From a virus (taxonomy: Duplodnaviria > Caudoviricetes), in the IMG/VR virus record IMGVR_UViG_3300016667_000424, positions 1 to 48,833 of that record: a stretch of 48,833 bases of DNA, one strand, 5' to 3'. This document shows, piece after piece, positions 18,008 to 27,226 of the stretch; the stretch's first letter is position 1, and every line of letters begins with the position of its first letter. A program made the translations under genes and the position numbers. Under the pieces are notes generated by a model, which was not told where the DNA came from, ran no database searches, and saw only the letters and a program-made list of their open reading frames with translations.

Positions 18008-20152
18008 TTAGCGAAAGCGGCTCATCGGGTTGGGACGAGCGACAGGATTCCTGTTGGGGTTAGGGTTTGCCCTGTTGCGGGCTTCAATCTTCTGGCGTTC
18101 CTGCTCTGCGATGAGCTTAGCAATTTCAGCTTGGTCCATCGGCTTCTTAGGAGCGACGCCCGGAGGGCTGGACGTCTGGGTAAGCGCACCCTGAACTGCG
18201 TTACGGACAGGAGCACCGATGTCGGGAACCTGAGGAACGCCCGGAGTCGCGGTACCAAGACCATAAGGCGTAGGAGCCATGACGTTGCTCGGCCTGCTCG
18301 TCTGCTGAGTAAGAGCCCTATCGACGGCATTACGAACAGGAGCACCGATGTCAGGGATTTGCGGAATGCCCGGAGTTGCCGTGCCTAGGCCATACGGAGT
18401 GGGAGCCATCACGTTGGCAGGCCTGCTGGATTTCTGAGTCAATGCGTTCTCGACAGCATTTCGGACCGGAGCACCGATGTCGGGAAGCTTGGGGAATCCG
18501 GGAGTAGCCGTACCAACTCCGTAGGGAGTTGGCTTGAAGCCAGAAGGTGCTGGCGTTGCAACAGGCGCGACAGGAGTAGCTGTACGGCCCTGAGTAAGGA
18601 TGGCGGCCCTAGAGGGGGCGGCGACGGGGGCCTGAGGGACGGCCGCGGCCGCATTTACCTGAGCAGGAACGCTTGGTTGCGCGGGTGCGGAACCTCCGCC
18701 ACCAGTTGTAGCGGCCATGTATTCATCCTGAGCCTCCTGAGTCCTAGGCCTAGCTCCTAGTGCGTAGTCGGCATCTCCGGGCTTCACAATCTTGCCTGCG
18801 TATTCGATGTCGGCCAGCTTAGCCCTGTTTGCTTGGTACTCTTTTTTGCCAGCTTCGATGTTCCTGTAAAGCCTTCCCCATGCGTCCGCCGTAGCTTCGG
18901 GAGAACCCGGAGCGTATCCGTAGGCTTTCTGGTACATGGCGTTGCCGACGGCGTTCATGTGACGGCTTGCGCTCCTAGCGGTCTGAATCCCGTTTTCTTC
19001 AAGGTAAGCCCTTTGCTCTGCGGCAACAGGAGATTCTCCATGAAATCCTCCTTGGGCGTTAATCAACGCCTGATTGCTCCTGACCTGTTCGGCCGTGGTA
19101 GCAGGAGCGACTTCGATTGGGCCGGAAACGTTTTCCTTTCTCGTCTGCTCCGCGGCCGCGGCTTTGGCCATAGCGGCGTTCGACCTTTCGCTTGAAAGCA
19201 TCGCCTCCGCCGAAGCAGCCCTGTTTGCCAATGCGTTTTCTTTGGCATTTCCGTAATACCTTTCCATCGTATCTTGGTCCGTGAGTCCAACGCCATTCTG
19301 ACCGCCAACTCCAGACAGCAGAGCTTCTGCGGTGTTCTTGTCTCCACCAGACGCTTCTTGGACATCAAGGTAAACTTGACGACCAGCTTTCAAGGCCGCA
19401 GGAGAGGCAAGGGCCGCATAAACGCCATCCCTAGCCTTGATGGCTTCGTATTCTTTAAGGGCATCAGCTTCTTCCTGCTGTGCCTTTGCATCGACAGGAG
19501 GCTTTATGCCGCCTTCAGCCTGCCTGACATTACCCCTTCCGAAATCCTTGTTAAGAATGCCTTCGGCCATGAATTTGCCCAAGCTTCCTTCCATGTTTTT
19601 GCGGATTTTACCTTCATTGGCATCGGCCTTAAGCTTTTCGACGATGTTCGTCAGGTTTTGATTCCTAGCGTCGCCAAGTTTGCTGTCGTAAATAGCACCA
19701 CCGATTGTGGCGACAGGGTTGATGAACGACAAAGCATCCATGGCTCTGCCTCCCCACTTTTCCAAACCGCCTCTTTGGTCGGCTTGAGATGCGATGTATT
19801 GCCGAACCTGTTCTTCGTTGAGTCCATTTTCACCGACAAGACCAGTATCTTGAAAGGTTTTGCCTTCCTTGATTGCTTCCTGAAGCTGGTCATCAGTCAT
19901 GTCGGCCCCATACCTGAGCTGATTCATCGCCCTTTGCATGGTTTCGTTTTCATCAGGACCGGAATCTCCAAGCATAGCTCCGAGGCCAGTCGCGACAGCG
20001 GCTCCGCCCTTCGCGTACCTGACGCCCTTCGCGCCCATCTTGGAAACAGCGGCCCTAGTCAGGGCATTTCCTTTGACGGACGATTTGAACGCCTGAGGCG
20101 TGTATTTGTAGATGCCCTTGAGGGCGTTCCAGCCAGTCTTGATTGCTCCCAT
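18008..20152 (-). CDS. Putative ejection protein (714 aa) with a Pro-rich repeat tail
   Basis: A/G/Q-rich helical composition, GGAAVATGLGAMLG segment, three 43-aa C-terminal repeats. Confidence 0.6.
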   Translation of the reverse strand: MGAIKTGWNALKGIYKYTPQAFKSSVKGNALTRAAVSKMGAKGVRYAKGGAAVATGLGAMLGDSGPDENETMQRAMNQLRYGADMTDDQLQEAIKEGKTFQDTGLVGENGLNEEQVRQYIASQADQRGGLEKWGGRAMDALSFINPVATIGGAIYDSKLGDARNQNLTNIVEKLKADANEGKIRKNMEGSLGKFMAEGILNKDFGRGNVRQAEGGIKPPVDAKAQQEEADALKEYEAIKARDGVYAALASPAALKAGRQVYLDVQEASGGDKNTAEALLSGVGGQNGVGLTDQDTMERYYGNAKENALANRAASAEAMLSSERSNAAMAKAAAAEQTRKENVSGPIEVAPATTAEQVRSNQALINAQGGFHGESPVAAEQRAYLEENGIQTARSASRHMNAVGNAMYQKAYGYAPGSPEATADAWGRLYRNIEAGKKEYQANRAKLADIEYAGKIVKPGDADYALGARPRTQEAQDEYMAATTGGGGSAPAQPSVPAQVNAAAAVPQAPVAAPSRAAILTQGRTATPVAPVATPAPSGFKPTPYGVGTATPGFPKLPDIGAPVRNAVENALTQKSSRPANVMAPTPYGLGTATPGIPQIPDIGAPVRNAVDRALTQQTSRPSNVMAPTPYGLGTATPGVPQVPDIGAPVRNAVQGALTQTSSPPGVAPKKPMDQAEIAKLIAEQERQKIEARNRANPNPNRNPVARPNPMSRFR
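18167..18532 (-). repeat. Three in-frame tandem repeats, 129-bp period (PTPYG.GTATPG.P..PDIGAPVRNAV..ALTQ)
   Basis: gagcaccgat recurs at 18211, 18340 and 18469. Confidence 0.95.
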
Positions 20153-20157
20153 TTTAA

Positions 20158-20766
20158 TTAGTCATTAAGGTTATCGTCGATGCCTTCCCAGCCGGGAATG
20201 ACCTGACGGACAGGACCTTGGTCGCGGGCATCGGGCTGAGGGGCGACGGGGCGTGCGGCCTCCATTCCAAGCGTGCCTTGCGCGAACGGGTCTGCGAAAT
20301 TGTTCTGGCCGATGCCTTTTAGGTAGCCGCGGCGTTTGGCATTACTGCCACCCATGCTGGACCTCATGGTCTCTAATGCCCTCTTTGCACCTTCGTATTC
20401 GGGACTGCCGGGCTCGTAGGATTCAAGGACGTTCTGGTAGTGGTCCATGATTGCCTGCTCTTCGCCAGCAAGCTCGTCTCCAACTGCCTGCTCCTTGGCC
20501 GCGGCTTCATCTTCTGCTGACTGACGGGCGTATTCATCAGCCTGACCCTGATAGGCGGCTCGCTGGTCAGCTAGGGCCATGTGCATGCCAAGAGTGCCTG
20601 CCAGCTTCTCCTTGTTGAGCTGACTCGCAAACATGCTACCGAAGCCTTGCTCCTGACCCTGCTGAGCGGCCTTGAATGCGTTTTCCAGCGGAGAATACTG
20701 GCTTTGGATTGCGGCGGAAAGCGTATCGCGGCTTCCACCGCCGCCTCCGAGTTCGAGTCTGTTCAT
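20158..20766 (-). CDS. Putative ejection protein (202 aa)
   Basis: A/Q/E-rich helical ORF in the late operon. Confidence 0.55.
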   Translation of the reverse strand: MNRLELGGGGGSRDTLSAAIQSQYSPLENAFKAAQQGQEQGFGSMFASQLNKEKLAGTLGMHMALADQRAAYQGQADEYARQSAEDEAAAKEQAVGDELAGEEQAIMDHYQNVLESYEPGSPEYEGAKRALETMRSSMGGSNAKRRGYLKGIGQNNFADPFAQGTLGMEAARPVAPQPDARDQGPVRQVIPGWEGIDDNLND

Positions 20767-20768
20767 GA

Positions 20769-21500
20769 TTAAGTGGTCTGTGCGGCGTAGCCCTGAGCCC
20801 AGATGCTTCCGTAGGCGAGCACTTCATCGGCGGGAGTCTGGGGAGCGTTGCCGATGGTGACTGGGGCTTGGATGCCAGACAAGCTGACGCCGAGGTTGTA
20901 AGACTGCCTGACCTGCTGGTCCCTGACTTGGCCGAGGTTATACTGCTCGACGGCGGACGCGGAGGCGTCGTTGACGAGCTGAGACTCGATAGGAACGACA
21001 AGGGGCATGGCTGACGTAGCCTGATAGGTGAGTCCCATGATGGTTCCGGCAACCTGACGAGCCAAGTCGTGCGACTGGACTTGCATCTGCTGGTTGGAAA
21101 GATTCGTGAACATGCTGACGGAGGTATGGCCTCCGCCGAAATTGGAACTCATCCCGGCGAGGTACTGTGCGTAGGCGACGTTAGGTGCTACTGCGGTTCC
21201 TCCGTAGATGTCGGTCTTTACCTGATTGAGGATTGAGTCGTAGGTAGCCCTCGCGCTCGTATTCAGGGTTCCGACTACGTCGTTGTACCTAGTCTTAAGC
21301 GTGGTGCCTACATTGAGCTCGGCCGTAGCCCAGTCACCCGTCGGCTCCATGATGTCGGACAGGAGCTTAGCGGTGTACTCAAGTTCCTTCTTCGGGTCTC
21401 GGGTAGTGAACGTAAAGCCATGTCCACCCGCATAATTCGGGTACAGCTTGTTCGGGTATGTACCGAGCGAGGGAGGGGTGTATTGAGCAGGAGCTGGCAC
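20769..21500 (-). CDS. Virion-associated hypothetical protein (243 aa)
   Basis: ORF tightly packed after the nozzle gene. Confidence 0.55.
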   Translation of the reverse strand: MPAPAQYTPPSLGTYPNKLYPNYAGGHGFTFTTRDPKKELEYTAKLLSDIMEPTGDWATAELNVGTTLKTRYNDVVGTLNTSARATYDSILNQVKTDIYGGTAVAPNVAYAQYLAGMSSNFGGGHTSVSMFTNLSNQQMQVQSHDLARQVAGTIMGLTYQATSAMPLVVPIESQLVNDASASAVEQYNLGQVRDQQVRQSYNLGVSLSGIQAPVTIGNAPQTPADEVLAYGSIWAQGYAAQTT

Positions 21501-21502
21501 GA

Positions 21503-22930
21503 CTAGAAGGAGTTAAAAATTGACCGCCCGGCGATGGAGCCATCAACCATGATGGAGTAAATCATCGGAAAGCCCGATTTGACAACGACTTCCACGTTGC
21601 ATCCCGAACACTTTTTCCCGGCCAAAGCGCGTCGAACCATGCTACCGCCGCCAGAGTTGAGGGAGTCAATCAGATGCGAGCCATCCGGGTTGATGCTCTT
21701 GAAGTAAATCTCGACGTTGGACTGCGTGTTGGCCGTCAGCCTGACTAGGACGGCGTCGTAACGCTTGTCCATTTCGGTGCTGAAATTGTAATTACGGGTC
21801 CTGACTACGGCCACGTGCATCTCCCCGTCGTCCGAGACGCCCTTCTCAAGCTCGTAAATGAAGCCGTCCTTTCCGACGGCATACGGCTTGAGGATGCCAT
21901 CCGCATTCCTGATGGCGCAAATCGAGACGAACTCCTTGGTTCCGTAGTCGTCATAGGACTCGAACTTGGCCTCAAGGCTAGGGTCAACGACCAGAATCCT
22001 GTTAAGCTTGTAATCGCTCTTATTCGGCAGGAGCAGGTAGTACCTTCCAGCGTAAGCCATGCCAACGGCCTTTTGCATTTCGGCGGCCGGGATGCCAGCG
22101 AACTGGTCTTCGATTGCCAGAGAGATGGGGACAGTCCCGTCAGCCATGCCCTTTGCGGCATCCATCATGTAGATTCCCTGATGCCCGAGCCAAAGCAACT
22201 GGCCAAGCACCTCAGCAACGGAGTCCTTTGCGAGGATGCCATCCATGGAGCTGACCCTGACGACCTGATGGAAGTGCTCCTGCCTAGGCTCACCCTTCTC
22301 AAGGCTCATGGCGGGAGCCATGGCTGGTTCAACCATGTACACGGAGCGGTTACCGAAGGCGAAAAGCTTCCTGTTGGCGTAGGAATAGTGGAGGCTCTTG
22401 ATTGGGTCGAAGGTTTCCTGAACGAGGGACAGGGTGTCAGGGTTGCACGGCTGGACTCCGCCGTACAAGGAGAACCAGATTTGGTCGTTCTTGGCGTATG
22501 CGATGCGACCTAGGCAGTTCGCCGCCGCGACGAAGTCATACTCGCCCTCCCAGTACGCAGTCTTAGAGGCTTCGATGGTGGCTGGTTCAAGGTAGCCATG
22601 TCCCCTGACCTTCTGCATGGGCCTAGCGGCAGGGGCTACTGCCGTTACGAGGTTGCTTACGGGCGACCACTTCTTGACGTTGCCAGCGGAGTCCCACATG
22701 TGGATGCAATCTCCGGCAGGATTGCCGCTAGGAACCGCATAAACAGGAGTAAATCCGATGGCAGGGGAGGCTTTTGTCATTCCCTCGCGGCGGGTCAGTA
22801 CGCCTTCGATGTTACGGACGTTCTGTGCGTACTCCATGATGCCCTTTGCTGGGTCAAAGTTCGCGCTGTTAGGGAAACTGTTGAAGCCGTCGAAAGACGT
22901 GTCTCCTGCTTGTTGAAATTCTCTAGGCAT
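21503..22930 (-). CDS. Tail nozzle / packaged-DNA stabilization protein (P22 gp10 / tubular B-like beta-propeller)
   Basis: NVRNIEGVLTRREG start, GILAKDSVAEVLGQLLWLGHQGIY, VPISLAIED, GRYYLLLP and VRTRNYNF..DKRY patterns. Confidence 0.72.
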   Translation of the reverse strand: MPREFQQAGDTSFDGFNSFPNSANFDPAKGIMEYAQNVRNIEGVLTRREGMTKASPAIGFTPVYAVPSGNPAGDCIHMWDSAGNVKKWSPVSNLVTAVAPAARPMQKVRGHGYLEPATIEASKTAYWEGEYDFVAAANCLGRIAYAKNDQIWFSLYGGVQPCNPDTLSLVQETFDPIKSLHYSYANRKLFAFGNRSVYMVEPAMAPAMSLEKGEPRQEHFHQVVRVSSMDGILAKDSVAEVLGQLLWLGHQGIYMMDAAKGMADGTVPISLAIEDQFAGIPAAEMQKAVGMAYAGRYYLLLPNKSDYKLNRILVVDPSLEAKFESYDDYGTKEFVSICAIRNADGILKPYAVGKDGFIYELEKGVSDDGEMHVAVVRTRNYNFSTEMDKRYDAVLVRLTANTQSNVEIYFKSINPDGSHLIDSLNSGGGSMVRRALAGKKCSGCNVEVVVKSGFPMIYSIMVDGSIAGRSIFNSF

Positions 22931-23744
22931 GTTGTTTAATCCAGAATTCTGGTAGTGGTGCTATTAGTTCTACGGAAGTGATGACTTCATCGAACACAAT
23001 TCCGCCAGTCCATGGCAACAGGTACGTTTGCCCGTCCAAAGGGCTCACATAGCTGTATGGAGAAGGCTTAGGAGGGTAGCTTGCCGTCTTGGTCTCTGCG
23101 TTGGCCTGCGACTTTCCGTCAAAAGTAATGTCGAACTCCCCGTTCGCCGTGATGGGAGGTCCTAGCCCGTATGTATCGTATCCCGATGGAGGATAACCGG
23201 GGGCCTGCCAACCCGGAGCCGTCCACGAAACCGACCATGTGTACTTAACCTTGTATGGAATAAACGGCCTGCTGATGTCTTTGGAGTTCCAAAATTTGAA
23301 GACAACCTGCCCAGCCGCTTCCTGAGACTTGTCGTATTCGCAGACAGGGTAGCACCAGCCACCGCCAAGCGTCCTGAAAATCTTGTTTTTAGGAATTTCG
23401 GAAAGGTTGAGGCCAGAATTGTTAGTTCCGGATGGTCCGCTCATCGGTGGGTCATTCGGTCCGACAGGGCTAATCACGCTTACTGTGTAATTCTTGCTAG
23501 GGTCGTTCCAGTTTTCAGCAATTTCCTCGGTCATCCGGTAAATGGACCCATGGAACTGGTCGTATTCTGCGAGCGCCCTGAGGGACTTTGGCTCTGCTGG
23601 AGAAAAAGCAGAGTTTCCTGCGTCATCATTCCTGATTAATCCGTCATGAGCCACACCGACGCTAGGCAAAGACGAAAATGTGGTTCCCGGAAGTGCGGTT
23701 GACTGATTGATGGACCCAGTTTGTGCAAATTTCGTGAAACTCAT
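22923..23744 (-). CDS. Tail-associated / receptor-binding candidate (273 aa)
   Basis: P/W/Y-rich beta-type ORF in an AT-richer tail cassette; overlapping start/stop. Confidence 0.5.
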   Translation of the reverse strand: MSFTKFAQTGSINQSTALPGTTFSSLPSVGVAHDGLIRNDDAGNSAFSPAEPKSLRALAEYDQFHGSIYRMTEEIAENWNDPSKNYTVSVISPVGPNDPPMSGPSGTNNSGLNLSEIPKNKIFRTLGGGWCYPVCEYDKSQEAAGQVVFKFWNSKDISRPFIPYKVKYTWSVSWTAPGWQAPGYPPSGYDTYGLGPPITANGEFDITFDGKSQANAETKTASYPPKPSPYSYVSPLDGQTYLLPWTGGIVFDEVITSVELIAPLPEFWIKQHA

Positions 23745-24745
23745 ACCCTGTAAAAGTAGTAGTTCGCGTAGTTAGTGAACTGAATCTTCTCACCCCACAG
23801 CGAGGTAAGGATAAATTGGTTAGTAATGACCCTAACTGGGTCACCGCCTTGCTGAACAGGAGGGTATGTCCTGCCCCTAGCGATGGTCACATATCCCTCC
23901 GTAGTCGTATTGACGGGTGGAGCTGTAGCGGAAGCGACGACTTCGACAAGGGTAGGAAACTGCGTAGACGTAGAGGTAATCTTCAAGTACACCCACCAAG
24001 GAGTCCCGTTTGCGCTAGGAGACACGGCAGGAATAGATGGGTAATTAGCGACAACGTCCAGCTCGCCCCCGCCGACTGCGGTAGCCACCTTGTTGGTCAC
24101 AGTACCTGCGGTGACCTTTAGCTTGTCGCCGACAACCACGCATTTGAACGGGTGGTCTGGTTCTGATGCACCACCCTTCGCATAAACAATGTCGCTATGC
24201 CAAAGCTGGATACATTGGGTTCCAGCCACCGCCGCCAACTTGAAGTCATAGACCCAGATGTCCTGCTCCGTGGCCAAAGAAAGCACCCATTCTGGGTTTT
24301 CGTTGTTGCCGTCCGTGAGCCTGCTTAGAATTACGTAGACAGTCTCTCCTGCGTTCTTGAACTTTCCTTCTGGCCAAAACGCATAACCAGAATCCGGGAC
24401 ATCGACGATGTCGCTGTCTCCATGCTGCACTAGGCCTAGGTTTTGCTTGTACTTCAGCTTTACCGAGCTGGTGAGAAATCCGCCAGACCTAGAGACCGAC
24501 ATGTTCGCCTGAGGGGTGGTCGTGACTACAGCCCCGCCAATCAGGGTCATAGTCGATGGCTTCTTCCTAGGAAAGTTGAACTGTGCGTATTCCTCCGAGT
24601 TGGCGTCAAACATGGCCTCGTCGTAGACCCTTCCGACATGGCACCTTAGTCCGTCCTTGTTACGCCATACGCACTCCCAAGGACCAGCTGGAGCTGGAGG
24701 AGAAGTCCTTACGTGCACTCCAGCGCGAAGAAGCATGTTCGTCAA
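23741..24745 (-). CDS. Tail fibre/spike candidate (334 aa)
   Basis: Two similar beta domains (PWECVW..HVGRV and HPFKCV..TAGTV; QLWHSDI and QFILTSL); tail position. Confidence 0.55.
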   Translation of the reverse strand: MTNMLLRAGVHVRTSPPAPAGPWECVWRNKDGLRCHVGRVYDEAMFDANSEEYAQFNFPRKKPSTMTLIGGAVVTTTPQANMSVSRSGGFLTSSVKLKYKQNLGLVQHGDSDIVDVPDSGYAFWPEGKFKNAGETVYVILSRLTDGNNENPEWVLSLATEQDIWVYDFKLAAVAGTQCIQLWHSDIVYAKGGASEPDHPFKCVVVGDKLKVTAGTVTNKVATAVGGGELDVVANYPSIPAVSPSANGTPWWVYLKITSTSTQFPTLVEVVASATAPPVNTTTEGYVTIARGRTYPPVQQGGDPVRVITNQFILTSLWGEKIQFTNYANYYFYRV

Positions 24746-25827
24746 GAACCCGTGTAGTACGAGCCGTTTCCGTCAGAGTAGTAATAGGTGTAGTACGTGT
24801 TTCCGTACTCGTCCGTGTAGGACTCGCTAAAGAACAGGGTTCCGTAAGAAGCGTAAGACGTAGAGGACTCCCAGTAGGTGCCTCCGTTTCCATCATGGTA
24901 CTCAGTAGAGCTGTACGAGCCATTCTCGTAGGAGTTTCCGTTGATGGTGATGTAATTAGTGCCACCAGACGTATTCCCAGTCGGGGTTCCGTAGGACGGA
25001 GGATTGCCGCCGCTGTTGTCTCCCTCGCTGTAGTACCATCCGTTTCCGTCGGAATAGTAATTATTTCCGCCGAAATTGGTGATGTAAGTTCCGTACGGAC
25101 TGTATGAAGTCCCGGTACCGCTGGAGTAAACGCCGCCAGTTCCGTCTGCGACAACGTCGTAGTTAGAGGTTCCGACGGAGTAATAATTGCCGTCTGGGAG
25201 CTGGATTGTGTAAGAACCAGAACCGGAACCGACAATCGTGCCTTGGTAGAAGTAGGTTACTGAGGCTATTGAGGTTGTGTATCCACCAGAGCCGTTGTGA
25301 GAGTAATTCCTAGTTCCATAGCCAATGACGTAGTCAGAGCCATTGAAGGAGGCATAGACATCGACTGGGCTTTCCGAGTAGAACACTCCAGTTTCCGTGT
25401 AGAACGTGGTGCTTGAGTACGTCCAACCGCCAGAGCCGTCGTGAACGGAAGAGCTAACGCTGTATCCGCAGTAGTAGTTATTGCTTCCTACTGTGACGTA
25501 CTGGTCAAAAGTTCCAAGGTTACTGAAAATTACAGTTCCGTATGGCTTGTACTGGATGTTGTAGGCGTTGGCGTAGTCCTCGAACTGACCACCAAGGCCA
25601 TCAGCTACGACGTTTACGCTACAGTTTTGGGATGGCTGTAGGTTAGGATTATTAGGGTCTGTTGAGACATCGACCTCAAGACCTCCAAATCCTACAGGGT
25701 ATGTGACATTATTAAGGACGGACAAGATGGTGCCAGCCGGAGGGAAGTCAGGCCCCTCCGTGGTCCCATTGAGGGTGCTGTCATTACGACGCGGACCCCC
25801 AAGCCTCCTGTCGCCTTTGAATGGCAT
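24742..25827 (-). CDS. Y/S/G/T/N-rich repetitive fibre or adhesin (361 aa)
   Basis: About seven DG[SNTL]G[GWS] turns and recurrent YGT motifs. Confidence 0.6.
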   Translation of the reverse strand: MPFKGDRRLGGPRRNDSTLNGTTEGPDFPPAGTILSVLNNVTYPVGFGGLEVDVSTDPNNPNLQPSQNCSVNVVADGLGGQFEDYANAYNIQYKPYGTVIFSNLGTFDQYVTVGSNNYYCGYSVSSSVHDGSGGWTYSSTTFYTETGVFYSESPVDVYASFNGSDYVIGYGTRNYSHNGSGGYTTSIASVTYFYQGTIVGSGSGSYTIQLPDGNYYSVGTSNYDVVADGTGGVYSSGTGTSYSPYGTYITNFGGNNYYSDGNGWYYSEGDNSGGNPPSYGTPTGNTSGGTNYITINGNSYENGSYSSTEYHDGNGGTYWESSTSYASYGTLFFSESYTDEYGNTYYTYYYSDGNGSYYTGS

Positions 25828-26120
25828 CAGGACTCGAAGTAGTAGACGTAGCCTTCGCCGATAGCCCAGAACTCGCCGTTGTAGCCGTTGAGCTCAAACG
25901 AGCCGCCGTCATGCTTGGCGGCGTTCTTTTCGTGGGTAAGGCTGATGGGGTCGCCGACGCCGTCGGGCTGGAGGTACATGCCCATGACGATGGTGTCGGA
26001 CGTATTGACGACGCCGAACACCCTGCGCGAACGGCAGGAGTCCAAGACCTTGGCCTTGGTGACGTTGTTGAAGGTCTTAACGTTGACCTTCGGGATTTGA
26101 TAAGGGAGGTCCTTGCTCAT
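25827..26120 (-). CDS. Small beta-rich virion protein (97 aa)
   Basis: RRVFGVVNTSDT..GGSFEL..YNGEFWAI; coupled to its neighbours. Confidence 0.55.
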   Translation of the reverse strand: MSKDLPYQIPKVNVKTFNNVTKAKVLDSCRSRRVFGVVNTSDTIVMGMYLQPDGVGDPISLTHEKNAAKHDGGSFELNGYNGEFWAIGEGYVYYFES

Positions 26121-26121
26121 T

Positions 26122-26865
26122 TTAATAGGTTCTGAAGTTTATCGGGCGCGTCGAGCCTTGCTGGCGGAGCGTTTGGTCGAGGGCTTGGTCGAGGGCTTTT
26201 GCGTAATCGGCCTCGGCGGCTTGGACCGCTTCGAGCTCGCCTGTGGAACGACGGAAGTCGGCGTGGACTCCGTGGATGAGGGCGTTTGCGAAAAGCTTTG
26301 GGATTCGGACTCGTTCCCAAGTAAGCGAAGGAATCGTTCCCACGCCTGACGGATTCGTACCATTGTAGACATAAAAATCGCCCTGAACGGCATAACCGGG
26401 GACAGGGATAAGGGAGCCAGAGCTGGAGCCTTCGTCGTAGTAGACCTGAGCACCTTTGCTGTAGCTCTGTGCGGCATCATAGGCGGAACCAAACAGCCTA
26501 GGGGCATCCATCCTGAACTCGACCCAGACCTCTTCGTCCTGATTGGTCCTTAGGAAGATGTCGTCTCCGACGATGTCGAAGTCCTTCTGGATGGCGTTCA
26601 CCGCAACAGGGTCCCTGTTCCAGACGGCGATAACTTGGTCGGTGGTCTGAGGCAGGGTAATCTTACGCCTGCTATCGACGTTGGTCGTAGGAAGCTTGGA
26701 GTAGTACTTCAGGTCAGTCCATTCGTTGGACTCCCAGATGGCCCTGAGCCTCATCGAGGCGAAGTCCCTGACCATGGCAAACCTGTCAGGGGTGGTCAGG
26801 TTCCTGTCCAGACCGCAAAGTTGCAGGCTGGCATGGAGGACATCGCTGAAATAGGCCGAACGCAT
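26122..26865 (-). CDS. Head-tail adaptor (tubular A / P22 gp4-like)
   Basis: N-terminal helices (LRAIWESNEWTDL), LPQTTDQVIAVW, IPKLFANALIHG followed by a C-terminal helix; downstream of the capsid gene. Confidence 0.65.
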   Translation of the reverse strand: MRSAYFSDVLHASLQLCGLDRNLTTPDRFAMVRDFASMRLRAIWESNEWTDLKYYSKLPTTNVDSRRKITLPQTTDQVIAVWNRDPVAVNAIQKDFDIVGDDIFLRTNQDEEVWVEFRMDAPRLFGSAYDAAQSYSKGAQVYYDEGSSSGSLIPVPGYAVQGDFYVYNGTNPSGVGTIPSLTWERVRIPKLFANALIHGVHADFRRSTGELEAVQAAEADYAKALDQALDQTLRQQGSTRPINFRTY

Positions 26866-27215
26866 TAAGAAATTGAACGGCCGAAGCCGTCTACGAGCAG
26901 GGTGGTCTTCTCCGCTTTGGAGTTAACCCTGCACTCCGGGTTGTCCCTGAGGAAACCCTTCATGAAATTGTCGTCACGCCAACAGGCGTATCCGAGTCTC
27001 TGTCCCCAGTAATGGTAGGACTCTTCAGGGATACGCGCTGTCAGCTGGCCCAGACCTTCAACGTGACGATGTTGAAGCTGATTCAGTTGACCCAGAGCCT
27101 TCTTGGTGGCCTCGGCTTGGGCTTTACGGAGGTTCCACCCGGTACGAAACTCCTCCAGCATGCTGGGTAGGAGCTCGTCCGGGATGGATTCATGGATGGA
27201 CTGAATGCCAGCCAT
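26865..27215 (-). CDS. Conserved post-capsid head protein (116 aa)
   Basis: ARIP..YHYW...W.D..F.K.FLRDNPE pattern usual after this capsid type. Confidence 0.6.
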   Translation of the reverse strand: MAGIQSIHESIPDELLPSMLEEFRTGWNLRKAQAEATKKALGQLNQLQHRHVEGLGQLTARIPEESYHYWGQRLGYACWRDDNFMKGFLRDNPECRVNSKAEKTTLLVDGFGRSIS

Positions 27216-27226
27216 GCCTCTGTTGG

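Noticed and set aside
24742-25827. Diversity-generating retroelement target (Asn/Tyr-rich fibre)
   Set aside because: No reverse transcriptase or TR/VR repeat pair seen
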